Shown here piece by piece: positions 38,018 through 49,679 of a stretch of 64,000 nt of DNA. The stretch's first letter is position 1; the number at the start of each line of letters is the position of its first letter. The notes under the pieces were generated by a model, which saw only the letters and a program-made list of their open reading frames with translations, did no database searches and had not been told where the DNA came from. This DNA is from Yuukianura sp. NJ FZ-2021 (lineage: Eukaryota): positions 5,518,001-5,582,000 of the forward strand of contig CM102283.1 of NCBI GenBank assembly GCA_046563655.1. The letters run 5' to 3'. Both the position numbers and the translations under genes were made by a program.

Positions 38018-41000
38018 ATGACCAAGTTACAGGCGGATGAGCCAGAACCCGACACGAATGTTGCTGCACAGGAGCTCACTGCGTTCATCAAACCCGTTTC
38101 GCTTCCGGTTAAGCATGAGGTATGACTGGAAAATTTTAGATTGATTGGTCCTGTTAAAAATTTTGTTTCATCCTTCCAGCCGTACGGATGGGCTGGATTT
38201 TCTTCTGGAGGAATTGCACCAGCCTGGATCCAATTCCTCAATAATAAGAAGGCTTTTCTTATAGGTACGTTGATCATACACGTTTCTTATAGGTACTATT
38301 TAACTTCAGCTGTTGGGGCCGAAGTGTTTCTAACGATGTCATCTGTATTAATTTGAATTTTGTATTTTTACAGTTTACTCTCTAACGACTGTTCTTCAAG
38401 GAACTTTCCACACTTATTTTGTATCTGTCATCACAACTCTCGAAAAACTATTTTCGATTCCATCAAGAACAACTGGCATACTTATGGCCACCACTGAAAT
38501 TGGACAGGTACTGATATCCGAGGCAGTGAAAGTTTCAATCTTTGAATGTAGAAGAAAGATCATGAGATCCTCATATTCATTCATTCATCTCAGAAGTATT
38601 TCCGGAATTTTAGGTCTCCTCGTCACTTCTCCTGCCATATTTTATCTCGTCTGGTCATCGTCCGCGTTGGATGGGATTTGGCACTGTTGTTTTTGCTTCA
38701 GCAACGTTGTTAACGGCATCTCTCCACTTGATTTTACCTCCGGTGATTTCCGGTCCAGCTCCGGAGAAGGACTTCTGTTTACATGACGACTCACAATGCA
38801 AGGAAGAAGCATCTACGAATGTCCTATTATATCTTATCCTCAGCATATCTCTTCTGTCTATTGGATTTGGCCAAACAGCAGGTACGAACATACATTTGAC
38901 GTTAACATTTTGTTTAACCTAACCTTAATTTACTAACTAAATGAAGTTCGTTTGGTGTGAAGTTTACACCCTTGGAATACCATATCTGGACGACAACGTT
39001 GGGAACCGTGACAGTCCGGTCTATTTTTGTGAGTTTCCTCATCATATTACGCAATTATGAATTCGATACACGATTTTTACGAATTTCGTTTACAGCAATT
39101 ACTATTGGAGTCCGAATTCTTGGCCCGGTAATGGGATTTATCCTTGGATCTTTTACAACAAGGCTTTACATTTATCCATTGATTGATCCAGGCTACGATC
39201 AGTCAAATCCACACTGGTTAGGTACGTCAAAACTCAAGAACTTTTGGAATTGGTTGTCATTTACTTATAATTTCGTTTGATTCTGTTCAGGTGCTTGGTG
39301 GCTAGGAATGCTGATAATTAGTGTTCTGCTTTTTATGATCGCCATATTCCTATCCGGATTCCCCAAAGTTTTAAAAACATCGAAGTCACACGTCCATGAA
39401 AATGAGGCCAAGGGACAACAAGAGTTTGCTTTAGGAGTTAAGGGGCCAACGTTATCCATGGAGTTGATACCACCCATTGAGCAGGATGTTGCTAATGGAG
39501 AGGCATCAGAAATTAAGGGGAACGGAACTTCAAATGAAGCTCCTGGCGATCCAGAATCCACTGAGAAGTCTGGAATGCTGTGCAGCATTGAGGAAGGTGT
39601 TTCCAAGGAACCGGGGAAGGTGCTCGACACTAGCAAGACTGACAGTGGCCGTCCCTCCCTTCGAAACTTTCCAGCAGCTATTAAAAGACTACTTTTAAAT
39701 CGTACGTCAAGTTAACTTAACCAGTGAAATACTTTGTAAACTAATTGCAGTGTTGTGTTTCAGGAATTCTCATGTTAAGAACACTTTCAAGTGTGTTTCA
39801 TCTACTGCCTATCAGCGGACTCTACACATTCCTCCCGAAATATCTGGAGTCGCAATTTCAACTGACTGCTGCAGATGCTGCCATGCTTACGGGGATACTT
39901 GGTAAGTATTCTCGTGTGTAATAGGTGACCAATGACAATCCTGAACTTAAGACGCTGTTTTTCTAGGTATTCTTGTGATGGGTCTTGGCATCTTGGGTAG
40001 TGGCTGGTTCATCCGTCGATGGTTGCCAAGTCCCAAGGGACTCGCTATGTGGGTTGCAGTTGCCGCTGGGATTTATGCCGTCGGCATGTTTGGTCTCGTT
40101 TTTGTAGGTTGTGACGGAAATCAAGTCGTCGGTGGCGGAGATTTCGAATCGATTTCACCTGGGTACTGCATCTATCAAATGTGGCATTGATTAAATCCTA
40201 ACTGTAATAAGCGTTTCTTTATGATTCCAGTGCTTCCTGTCAGCCATGTAATTGCAGCCAGACTGATTACATGCCACTATGTGGATCTGACAACATACTG
40301 TACGTCTCTCCGTGCCATGCAGGGTGCACTGTTGCTCTTAACAACGGAAGCGTGGAGGTATTCGACTTAATTATAAACGGAAAGGACCATGTCATTCCTA
40401 TTCTTGTTGACAGTACAAAGATTGCAGTTGTGTCGTCACCGCTCCACATTCAGCCACGCCATCACTCTGCCCCCTCAACTGCTCTAGATCAAATCTGGTC
40501 ATCTACTTTGTCATCTTCATAACGATTGTGCTCGTCCATTCGACCTCAGAAGTGGGATCTATGCTCCTGACACTGCGATGTGTTGACAAGCAAGACAAGG
40601 CGATGGCACTGGGATTGGTTCAGTTCTCGATCGGACTGTTTGGAAACGTCCCTTGTCCCATTCTGTACGGATGGCTGGTGGATAGGAACTGCTCTCTCTG
40701 GGGCAAAGACTGCCATATGAACAGCGAAAATTGTTGGCTCTATGATAACAGAGGCTTTCGAGAAGTATTTCATGGTGGGTAAAAATTCAATTACAGTGAA
40801 ACCTCTCATTCAAAAACTTCGTTTTCGTGGCTGCTAAAATTGAGGGAATGCCAACGTTAGACGCACGAGCTGTTGATGCTATGGGTGGACCAATGCCTCA
40901 AAAGCACTGCGCTCAGAAAGATTACGGTAGGCGCGAAAAACTTGAAAGAAGAAACCTATGAGAGAGAGTTTCTGAATGAGAGGTTTTGCTGTAACTTTTT

Positions 41001-41149
41001 TAACTTATTTCAATTTTTCAATAGCGAAATGACATTGCTAACTTTCTAATTTTCTGGACTGTATAGGAACCACAGCGGCGCTGATGTTTGTCGCGTTTTT
41101 CTTCGACCTTGTAATCTACTACTTGGCGGATGACATTCAGTTCGAATGA
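38018..41149 (+). CDS. Oatp74D: Organic anion transporting polypeptide, Oatp74D / Ecdysone Importer-like, multi-exon
   Basis: TYFVSVITTLEKLF, GHRPRW, GQTAVYTLGIPYLDDNV, RILGP, WLGAWWLG, RTLSSVFHLLPISGLYTFLPKYLESQF, a Kazal-like PLCGSD...SPCHAGC, and VHSTSEVGSMLLTLRC...GLFGNVPCPILYG all match the Oatp74D clade as I recall it. Stop TGA at 41147-41149. Confidence 0.88.
40794..40991. mobile_element. MITE (Tc1/pogo-type) in the last intron of the OATP gene
   Basis: TIRs CAGTGAAACCTCTCATTCAAAAACT / AGTTTCTGAATGAGAGGTTTTGCTG with a TA target-site duplication. Confidence 0.85.
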
Positions 41150-41567
41150 ACGTTTCTTTTAAATGGTGCCCATGACCAGTGTCACGTGTGATAAAGTGAA
41201 ATACGTTTTCAATTGAGAGCTTTATTATTTCAACAAAACGAACCGGTATCTTAAATATTTTAATCTATTTTATTAAAAACTTGTTTTATCCTTTTGACTC
41301 AATTTATAAATACCTTACAATTCCTAAACATGATTGTTTGTCGCCGTCAACAGATTCAACCTTTGGCAAATATTCAACAGTTTTCCTAACACTGGACGAA
41401 ATTCCTAACCTGACTGTTGACCCCTTCATCCCCACGAAAAGTTAAACTTAAATTCTAAGTATACAAGGTTACTTTTCTAAAAGCGAGTGATTGTCCAAGT
41501 CTTAAACCCTGAAAATGTAACAATTTAGGGAGAATGGCACTGAAAGTCTGTTCGTTCTCTTTCCGTT

Positions 41568-42466
41568 TTACCGCCTCATGATTTCGTCTATGCTAAATCC
41601 TAGTTTGGCACTACTGGACCCAGTTGGAGCTACTTCAGCTTCCGGAACGGACGGTTCTTCACTGTCTTCAGCATCTCCGCCTCCAACAACGTCAATTTCA
41701 TCTTCCTCGGCAATGGAGTGCGTGAGAAGGTGTCTCCGGAGATCACAGTTGCGTCGAAATACTTTACTGCACGAGTGACACTCAAATGGTTTGAGGTCAG
41801 TGTGGGTCAGAAGATGCGTTTTGAGGTTGGAGCGTTGGTTGAAAGATCGGCTACAGACGGGGCATTTGTGCGGCGATTCGTCCATGTGCAGAATCTTGTG
41901 CACCGCTAACGTTCGCGACTGGCAAAAACCTTTGCCGCAGTCTGTACATTTGAACGGCTTCTCCTTGGAGTGGATGTACCTACAAGGAAAAATTCAAGGT
42001 CATTTCAAAGTTTTATTTTTGGAGTTTGAATTTTGAAAATTTTGTATTTTTTTTTTAGATTTTCGTACCTGTGGTCTCTGAGGTGATCTTGTCTCCTGAA
42101 AGCCTTGTTGCAGATGTCGCAGGAGTAGGGACGCTCGTCCGTATGTGTACGCTCATGGATAAGTAAATTGTAGCTCTTGGTGAATTCTCTTGTACAGTAT
42201 TTACAAATGAACTGTTTCTTAGGTCTGGAGGAGGGACGTGAAATGGGTTGTGGAAGACTGGCAGTAGTTGGTGGGACAGCGGTGGAAGATCCCGGTGGAG
42301 CTATGAATCCGTAGTAGAGGTAGTGCAGTTTCTCGGACTCCATGACATTTGAAATGGACGGTGGCGCTGGTGGCTGTGGTTGAAGGATTTTGGAAGAATG
42401 CGGATGATGAAACGCTGAAACATGGCTGGTCCCACCGGGACTTCTGGAAGAATTCAGTGGAAACAT
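41568..42466 (-). CDS. Odd-skipped family zinc-finger protein, gene B (sob/odd-like; exons 42466-42069, 41979-41568)
   Basis: Five intact C2H2 fingers with the odd-family signature and a C-terminal eh1 motif [11 protein letters not shown] typical of Sob/Odd. An in-frame stop upstream of ATG 42466 supports that start unless there is an unseen upstream exon. Confidence 0.93.
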
Positions 42467-43419
42467 GTCAACTTCCTGGACGCCTCTTCACGAACTTTTC
42501 CTACGCCGTACTGCTTCGACTCTTCAATGAAGAAAACAAAGGAGGAAACTTGGAATGTAGCTCCGTTTGTTGCTCGGATCCGCCAAAGTAAACTCAAGAC
42601 TCGTTTGATGACTTTTGAAGCTGCTCCAATGGCACTGCTCACTTCTCCCAAAGTGACAATGACAAAGTGGACGGTGGATCAATTAGACTTTGAGTGTTAT
42701 TTGTGTAATTAATTAGGAGTGCCTGATGCAGAAGAAGCAAGAACAACTCTGGCCTGGCCTTGATGAATTGTTCTGTGGACCAACCTGTCCTCTTTGTCTG
42801 ATGGCGATGGGAGAAACAAGAAGCCACCAGAAGATGCACCTTAAGAAGATGATCCATCCCCGTTGGATTCCTTCGGATGGATTCCAATCCTCTTTTTGCT
42901 CCTCCGTCTTTGGCTCCTGGGTAAAATCCTAACTTTTTTATGATCTCTGCATCCACTACAGGTAGCATTCCTTCCCATTCTTATAATGGCAAGTAGCAGG
43001 AGCCAGAGAAGCTACCTTAACAGATTTCAATAGGAAGCCAAACCACCACAAAAACTAACCACACCTTGACTCTCGTCTTCTCGAACAAGTCCAAAGATCC
43101 ACAAGGAACTTACTATGCTCCAATGTCCAAACAATGGGGAAATCAACCCTACATCCAAGAAAGTTACTTCGTTCCACGTTCGACGTTCACCCACAACCGA
43201 ATCCAACCTTACAAAAACAAAACAGGTACACCGGAATGTCGATAAGTAGCGATAGATTAGCCGCAATGCACCGTTAAAAGCGGTAACTATGCACAACCAT
43301 TGTGAAACGGCTGACGAAGAAGTTAACCTGTGACCCAGCAGGCCACATAGCTTACACGAAAGTTCGTTTCGAAATCTACGAACTTTTGTATATGTCACTT
43401 TCCGTGTTACCGGGAATGA

Positions 43420-43610
43420 AACCGGCTGACCTTGACCTTTAACCCATCTGGGTACTACTCAATGATGGTCAACTGGAGTTAACAACAACATCCTGAGGTC
43501 AACCGGAGTTAAACGGTGAAAGTAATCCCGGAAATGTTGAACCGATTCCGAGATAATTGCGCTAACGGACGGCCAGACAGACACACACGGTCGATTCATA
43601 ATGTAGATTT
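43420..43610 (+). mobile_element. Probable non-autonomous Helitron/Helentron-derived element (HINE/DINE-1-like) fragment
   Basis: TGACCTTGACCTTT repeat, CCGAGATAATTGCGCTAACGGACGG followed by a CAGA/CA microsatellite and an ...ATAATGTAGATT end, an architecture typical of these elements. Confidence 0.5.
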
Positions 43611-43910
43611 AGCTTTCGCTACTTAAAGATTCGAGGTATGGTGTAACACGTTCCGTTGACGACAAACATTTAATTGGAAATCACTCATTTCATTGAAACA
43701 CAAAAAATAAGTATCGGCTCAAAAATAATAACTTACGACGTTAAGGCTAATGACACTAATTGCTTTGGATGGATTAAATAAAGGAACCGTCTTGTTCTGT
43801 TGAAAACGAGGCGCGTGCGCAGTGGGAGAAGAAAACACAAGAGTGAGAGATAAATTGTTAGTAAAGCTGGCGGTAGTTCCGACTACAGCGATTTCTGGAG
43901 TATAAGCTCA

Positions 43911-46900
43911 TCATTTCCGTTTCGGATGATTCTGGACTGGTCCAAGAAATGATAGCAGGACGGGAAGAAAAACAAGACCGTGCAGAGCTCCAAGGACTAC
44001 GATGCCAAGGTACATTCGGAAGTAGAAGATACTGAAGATGGAACTCTTCGAGAATCCCAAAACGACGATTCCTCCAAATTTTGTCAAAGTGATGCCGCTG
44101 AGGACGTTGGATCCCATGGTAACCAGAGAATCGTAGGCCTTGGCACCCTTCGTCAGTTTCTTTGAGCCCAGATAAGAATGGACGATATGAGAACAAAACT
44201 CAACTGAGATCCCGACAGCCTAAAAAAAAGTTCAAAGATGATGTCGAATATTTCATCCCAAGGTTTAAAGTAGTTTAAAGCTTAAAAAATCTCACCATAA
44301 CGAGGTTCACAAGGCTGATAGCATTGAGACTAATTGACCACCAATACATGAGTCCTCCCAAATTTGTAAGAATCATCATAATCGTCAGAATTACAATTCC
44401 AGCGGCTTGAAACTGAAATCCCGTCAGCACAACCGTCACAACGAATATGGCTGAGATCGAAATTGCCAGCGACTTGAGCGTATCCTCCCACATCGTCAAA
44501 TACTGTTCGTAAAAGACGTAGAAAATAGAGTATGGAAAAACGCTTGTCGTCAAATTCGTCTCTGCAATAACAAAAACAAATCAACTTTAACATAGAACAG
44601 TAATTTACATGTGCTTCGAACTTTTTTTGTCCAGTACCTTTCTGGATGGTATTTGTAATATTTTCAGCGATGACCCGTGCTTCCCTGAGGGCATTTGTAT
44701 AGTCTGCTGAATTCTTCAGGATGGTATGGTAAGTAAGAAAATAGTTTGCCCCAACAGAGTTATGCGGTTCTAGAAGATTGACTCCACCGCCATACGCAGC
44801 ATGACCTGCCTTGGGACACTCTTGACTTGGGTTATCCATCAGAAACCATGGCAAATATTCATCAAAATCAGCAGGTAAAACTTCTCCTCCAACATAGTGG
44901 AATTCACATTTGTCACAAAGTGATCCTGGAGACTGATTGGGACAGAAGGCATGTGTGGTTTTGTTGTACTTGCAACAGCTCGGATTGTGAATCCAATCTT
45001 CGTAGTCATCAATCCATGACGAAGCAGGTTTCGCAATATAGGAAGTATTGGACTTTGATGCGGAGAAGATTTGTGACACCAAGCTCGAAGGATTTGATCC
45101 ACCACGAATCAAATTTTGAGTGATAGGATCAGAGTAATTGAATCCCTGGGACTTCACGACGAAATAAACTGGCGGGCCAATTGAAAGGTACTGGAACAAA
45201 GCTCTACAAAAACAAAATTTTAAAACTTCAGTTGCTAAAAATCCTGAATTTTTTAAACCATTTGTTACCTGAAGTATTCCAAAACATAAGAATCTTTGGG
45301 CATAGACAACTCTTGATCTAATCCAACATCAATATAGGGTAACACGCTGAATGAAGAGCAAATCCATCCCAAGAAAACTATCAATACAGCCACTCGAACT
45401 TCAAATTTGAATAGAAATGGTGCATAGACTTCCCGGAAAACGCGGTACAAGAGTCCTGGACTCCGTTCGCCGACTTCCCTCTTCTTTCCTTGAATGCTAA
45501 AAGTAAACATGTTCATTAACGTTATATCAAACTTATACGTGATAACGAATTCTGATTTGCCTTACCAGCAAAGAATGTCAACGCGGCTTCGTTCTTGTCT
45601 CTTGAAGTCTAGACTCATCAGACTGACGAAGCAAGTGATTTGCAAAAGAAAGTCAATCAGAAGAGCCATTCCAGCGTAGAAAGCAAAGGCACGGACGGCA
45701 GGCATGTCACTCAAACCCCCGAGAAAGAAGCAAGTCGATTCGGACACTGAGCTGAGGAGCATTGAAGGAGCCACTTGACCAACAACTCTTCCAACATGTT
45801 GCGGATGGGACTCTTTCGGTAGCTTTGTGGATCTCTGGAACGTTTGAACCAGGATGAATATGTTGTCAACCCCAACAGCCAAAACGAGGAACGGGATGAC
45901 TTCAATGATAATCAGAGTTGCTGGAATTTGAAGGTAGCCGAAAATTCCAATCGCTGACGACACGGATAACAGCACAATTGTGACTCCAGATAACCCCAGA
46001 GTAATTTTGGAATCAATCTACAAGGAAAAAAACAATTTTATATGCAAACCAACCTTAAGTTTTTTCTTCAACCTTAAACTTTGCTTACGAAAAGTCTCCC
46101 TAAGTCGTTAACTTCTCCTAACGCTACTGCGATGTAGAGAAACATGATGGAGTAGCTGACGACGATAGTCGACACTTCTCCTTCACTTTCTCGCTTCAAT
46201 TCATCCTCAATTGATCGTTCAGAGTTGAAGGCTATTGAAAAGTACGAAGGCATTGCATGAGCTCTGTAGTTCTTCATAAAGTCGATGAAGCCTGACTCCC
46301 AGTCTTCGGCCAATTCGTTCTCTTTTTTGTCATATCTGAAACGAAACAAAATCGAAATGTTAAATTTTTTGCGAAATTAAATAATCTTAAAGTTCATTAC
46401 GAAATTTTGATCAAACGAAATTCACCTGTTGTTGACGATAACCGTTATAATGGCGGTATCTGCGTCTTTGTATGGCACCGGAACAGGAGGATTTCTCGGA
46501 TCCTTCAGGAATCCTCCAAGGACAACACTGGGATCAATGGTACCTCCGTACTCTCCCAAGCATCCTAATCCGAGTGCGTCTTTTGGTGCTCCAGGATTAC
46601 GCGAACAAAACAGAAAGTGATCCAAATAGTTGAGGTCGTCCGCCGTCAGATGCAGATTGTCCCAGTTATTTTGAAACCATCCAAGCGGTGAAAATACAGT
46701 ACAGTTGTTATTCGTAGGCGACAGCGGTTTGAAGCAAACTTGGGACAATGTGGTGTTAAACTTCGGTCCAACGACATTCTCAACAATCTGTTGTCTGAGA
46801 TGGAGTAAGCTTTCCAAAAACTTCATGTTCCAAACTGGACCAAACTCTTCCAATCCATCGGTCGTGTTATGATAGACTTTGCCCAAGCCCACGGCGGTGA

Positions 46901-49679
46901 CAATGACTTGCTCTGTGCGGTAGAATGGTTGGAAGTGGGAGTCATAATAATCTTTTTCAATCCGAGACCGAGAATTCGGACTTGCCCAAAGTTCCACAGG
47001 ATTTGTTGTGATTTGGAGCCAGTAAATTCCACAGGAGAGAAGAATTGTAATTAGAATGCCGGGAAACAGAATTAGGCACGGATGTCTGGAGCAAAATTCT
47101 CCAAGGGCCGTGAATAAAGTCTGAATGCTGGTTTCAAAGGAATGTCCAAGGGAATCCAAGAGAGATGATCTTTCCACTGATACAGTTTCTGACGCGTCCC
47201 GCCCACCTCCTGGAAGGGGACTCCCTGTCGTGACAAAAAACAACAAAACTTTAACTTTGTTATTTCAATTCAATGGATTTACCAAACGAAACAATAGCAC
47301 CAGCTAAAAAGTAATAACAAAAACAAAGGTCGAAAAGCTGCAACTAAACAAAGTAACAAAGTCAAGCTCAAAGTCTGTGTGCAAAAAAGGTGTAAAAACG
47401 GGCAAAGTGAACAAAGAAATCCAAAACGACTAAAATAGCGCAACTACAATGAAGGCATTGGCTTAAAAAAGTAAGAGCGAACGAAAGAATTGATTAAACC
47501 CGTAAAAGTCAATTCGTGCGTGACTCACTGTCGTCTTCGTCATGTAACAACCGATCAATACTAGGCGGTTGTTGATATTCGTCGCCTGAAACTAAACAAC
47601 GCGTAAAAGTCTGTGATTAGTTACCGTCTTATTGTCCAGTACTTTTCTTTTGGTTATTAGATGACTGAAAAGAAAATTTTGTAAAGTGAGGGTGAAGGGC
47701 ATACCATCTCTTCCGTGTCGTTTGGACTTCTCGTCTACTCCCAATGCCAATGCAACTATTATCAAGGTCCCAAGGACAAAGACACCAAAGAAAATCACAG
47801 CGAATCCATCATGTCCGAATAAAACAAAGGGCTTTGGTTGTGGTTTTGGTGGCGGCGGAGCTGGGCAGGAATCGGCGCAGTCCACACAGCTACAAGCGTT
47901 AGTATCGTTCTGAAAAATCAAGGCATTTGTAAGGTAAATCATGTAAATCGTCGAATCTTAACTTTGAGTTAAAAAAATACAATGATGTACGACATACGGT
48001 TAATGCTTGGCTGCACTTGAAGGTAGTAACGTCGAAAGGTGTGATTGAGGAAGGTACTTCACTGGACTCATTGACATACTGGTACAGAATGTCGAATGGA
48101 CTGACGCCATTACTAGTTGAACCCATGTAGTCAAACCAACGATGTGGCGTACATCGATAGGAACCCCATTCACCACACAGAAGATCCATAACTGGGCCGT
48201 TAGTACTGGACATGATGACATTCGCACAACTGTTGAAGGTCGCTTGAACATAGGCCTCTGTTACCCAGGCATGGAGCTCTTTTACTAGAGGTATTTCTAG
48301 ATCAATAAAAACGAACATTAATCGATTGCATTTTTATCGAAGCAACGATCATTCACACCACACCAACAAGTATTAATTGAGAAAACGTGTACTGTGTCAT
48401 AAAAAATTACTTTTCTTTGGCTCCACCACAGTTTTGCTAACGTTGACCCATGTAGACTGTACAGGAGAGCATGCTAGTTCGCAGAAGGCTTGACGGAAGT
48501 TGTAATAGCAACTTGGACATCTACTAATGATGGATTTAGGCAAGGCAAGGTTGTTACTCAAATCGAAGATTTGACTTTGCGAACAACAAAGGTGATTCCC
48601 GTGGTTCGCAACAAGTTCAGGACAAAACTGTTCCAATGTGTGGAGATCATCATCGTTGACATGTTGCGGTGGTATGTGAACAGCACATGGCAGTTCGCTC
48701 CCGGTGTCTGGATCGGAGCCGCATTTGTCGAACATGACACAGTGCGGCTGACTAGGATCGGCAGTAGGCAAGGCACTGAAATCGACAGGGTTATGCTGGT
48801 CTTTATGATCATCATTCGAGGTTTCGTCATAATCTTCTTCATCTTCTTCACTGTATTCCTGTGAAAAAAATAAAGCGTATTTAGTGATGACCGTAATGAC
48901 CCGCGCTGAATTCAGCTGAAATTACATCGGCTTAAGCTTGTTCTTTAGAACGTTTGCTTCCTCATTAATAAAAAAGAATAGTGATTGATTGTTTTCTTAA
49001 ATAATTAAATATAACTTCTGAGAATTCTAAGAAATGAAAAAGGCGTTTTGGAAAAGCCGAAATGGATGGACACGCTAATGGCTTAATAATTATCAGCTTC
49101 ATGGAAGTGAAACATCATATTCAGAACTGTTATGCTAAAAGTGTATGCCCGGCTTAAATCAATACATATCTCTGCATAACAAATCTAGAACTGCGTATAA
49201 TTGGAAATCAATGCGCGCATATAGCTTCACTACTGAAAAAACAGAAAACAGCTCTTGACCTTGACCTCTTACAACAAGAAAATCAAGAGAGCTACTCCTT
49301 AAACTCGTTTATGAAAAACACTTCGTCTCAAGAGCAAGTTGCAGTGCCAAAAGGGGTCAAAGTAGTTAGGATAGGTGGGTGGGGTTGGTTAGGAATTCAA
49401 GTTGGCAAACGATTTTAAGTATGCATTTCAGCACAACAAAATTCGCGTAATGTCAATCAATTAAATTAAGAAAACCAAATTCAAAAAAATAACTTAAAAA
49501 AGAACAAATAATTGTTGATTGCATTGCAAACTGACCTGATTTTCGTGGTAATCGTCTTGTTGGTGGTGGTCCGTTGTAGTCACATCTTTGGATGGTTCCG
49601 TGGTGGTAATTTCTGCCGAAGTAGCAGTAGCAGTCATTGCCACGAAGGCGATGAGTAGTAACACATATAGTATCTTCAT
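43911..49679 (-). CDS. Npc1: Niemann-Pick C1 cholesterol transporter, multi-exon
   Basis: Signal-peptide exon 49679-49536. Cys-rich NTD (HCVMFDKCG...[20 protein letters not shown]), [25 protein letters not shown] ([19 protein letters not shown]...MPAVRAF), [46 protein letters not shown]. Stop at 43911-43913. Confidence 0.96.

Noticed and set aside
42454-43398. ORFs upstream of odd-family gene B as a longer N-terminus or a separate gene
   Set aside because: In-frame stop at 42488-42490, no clear splice path and no recognisable domain. At most uORFs or leader sequence.
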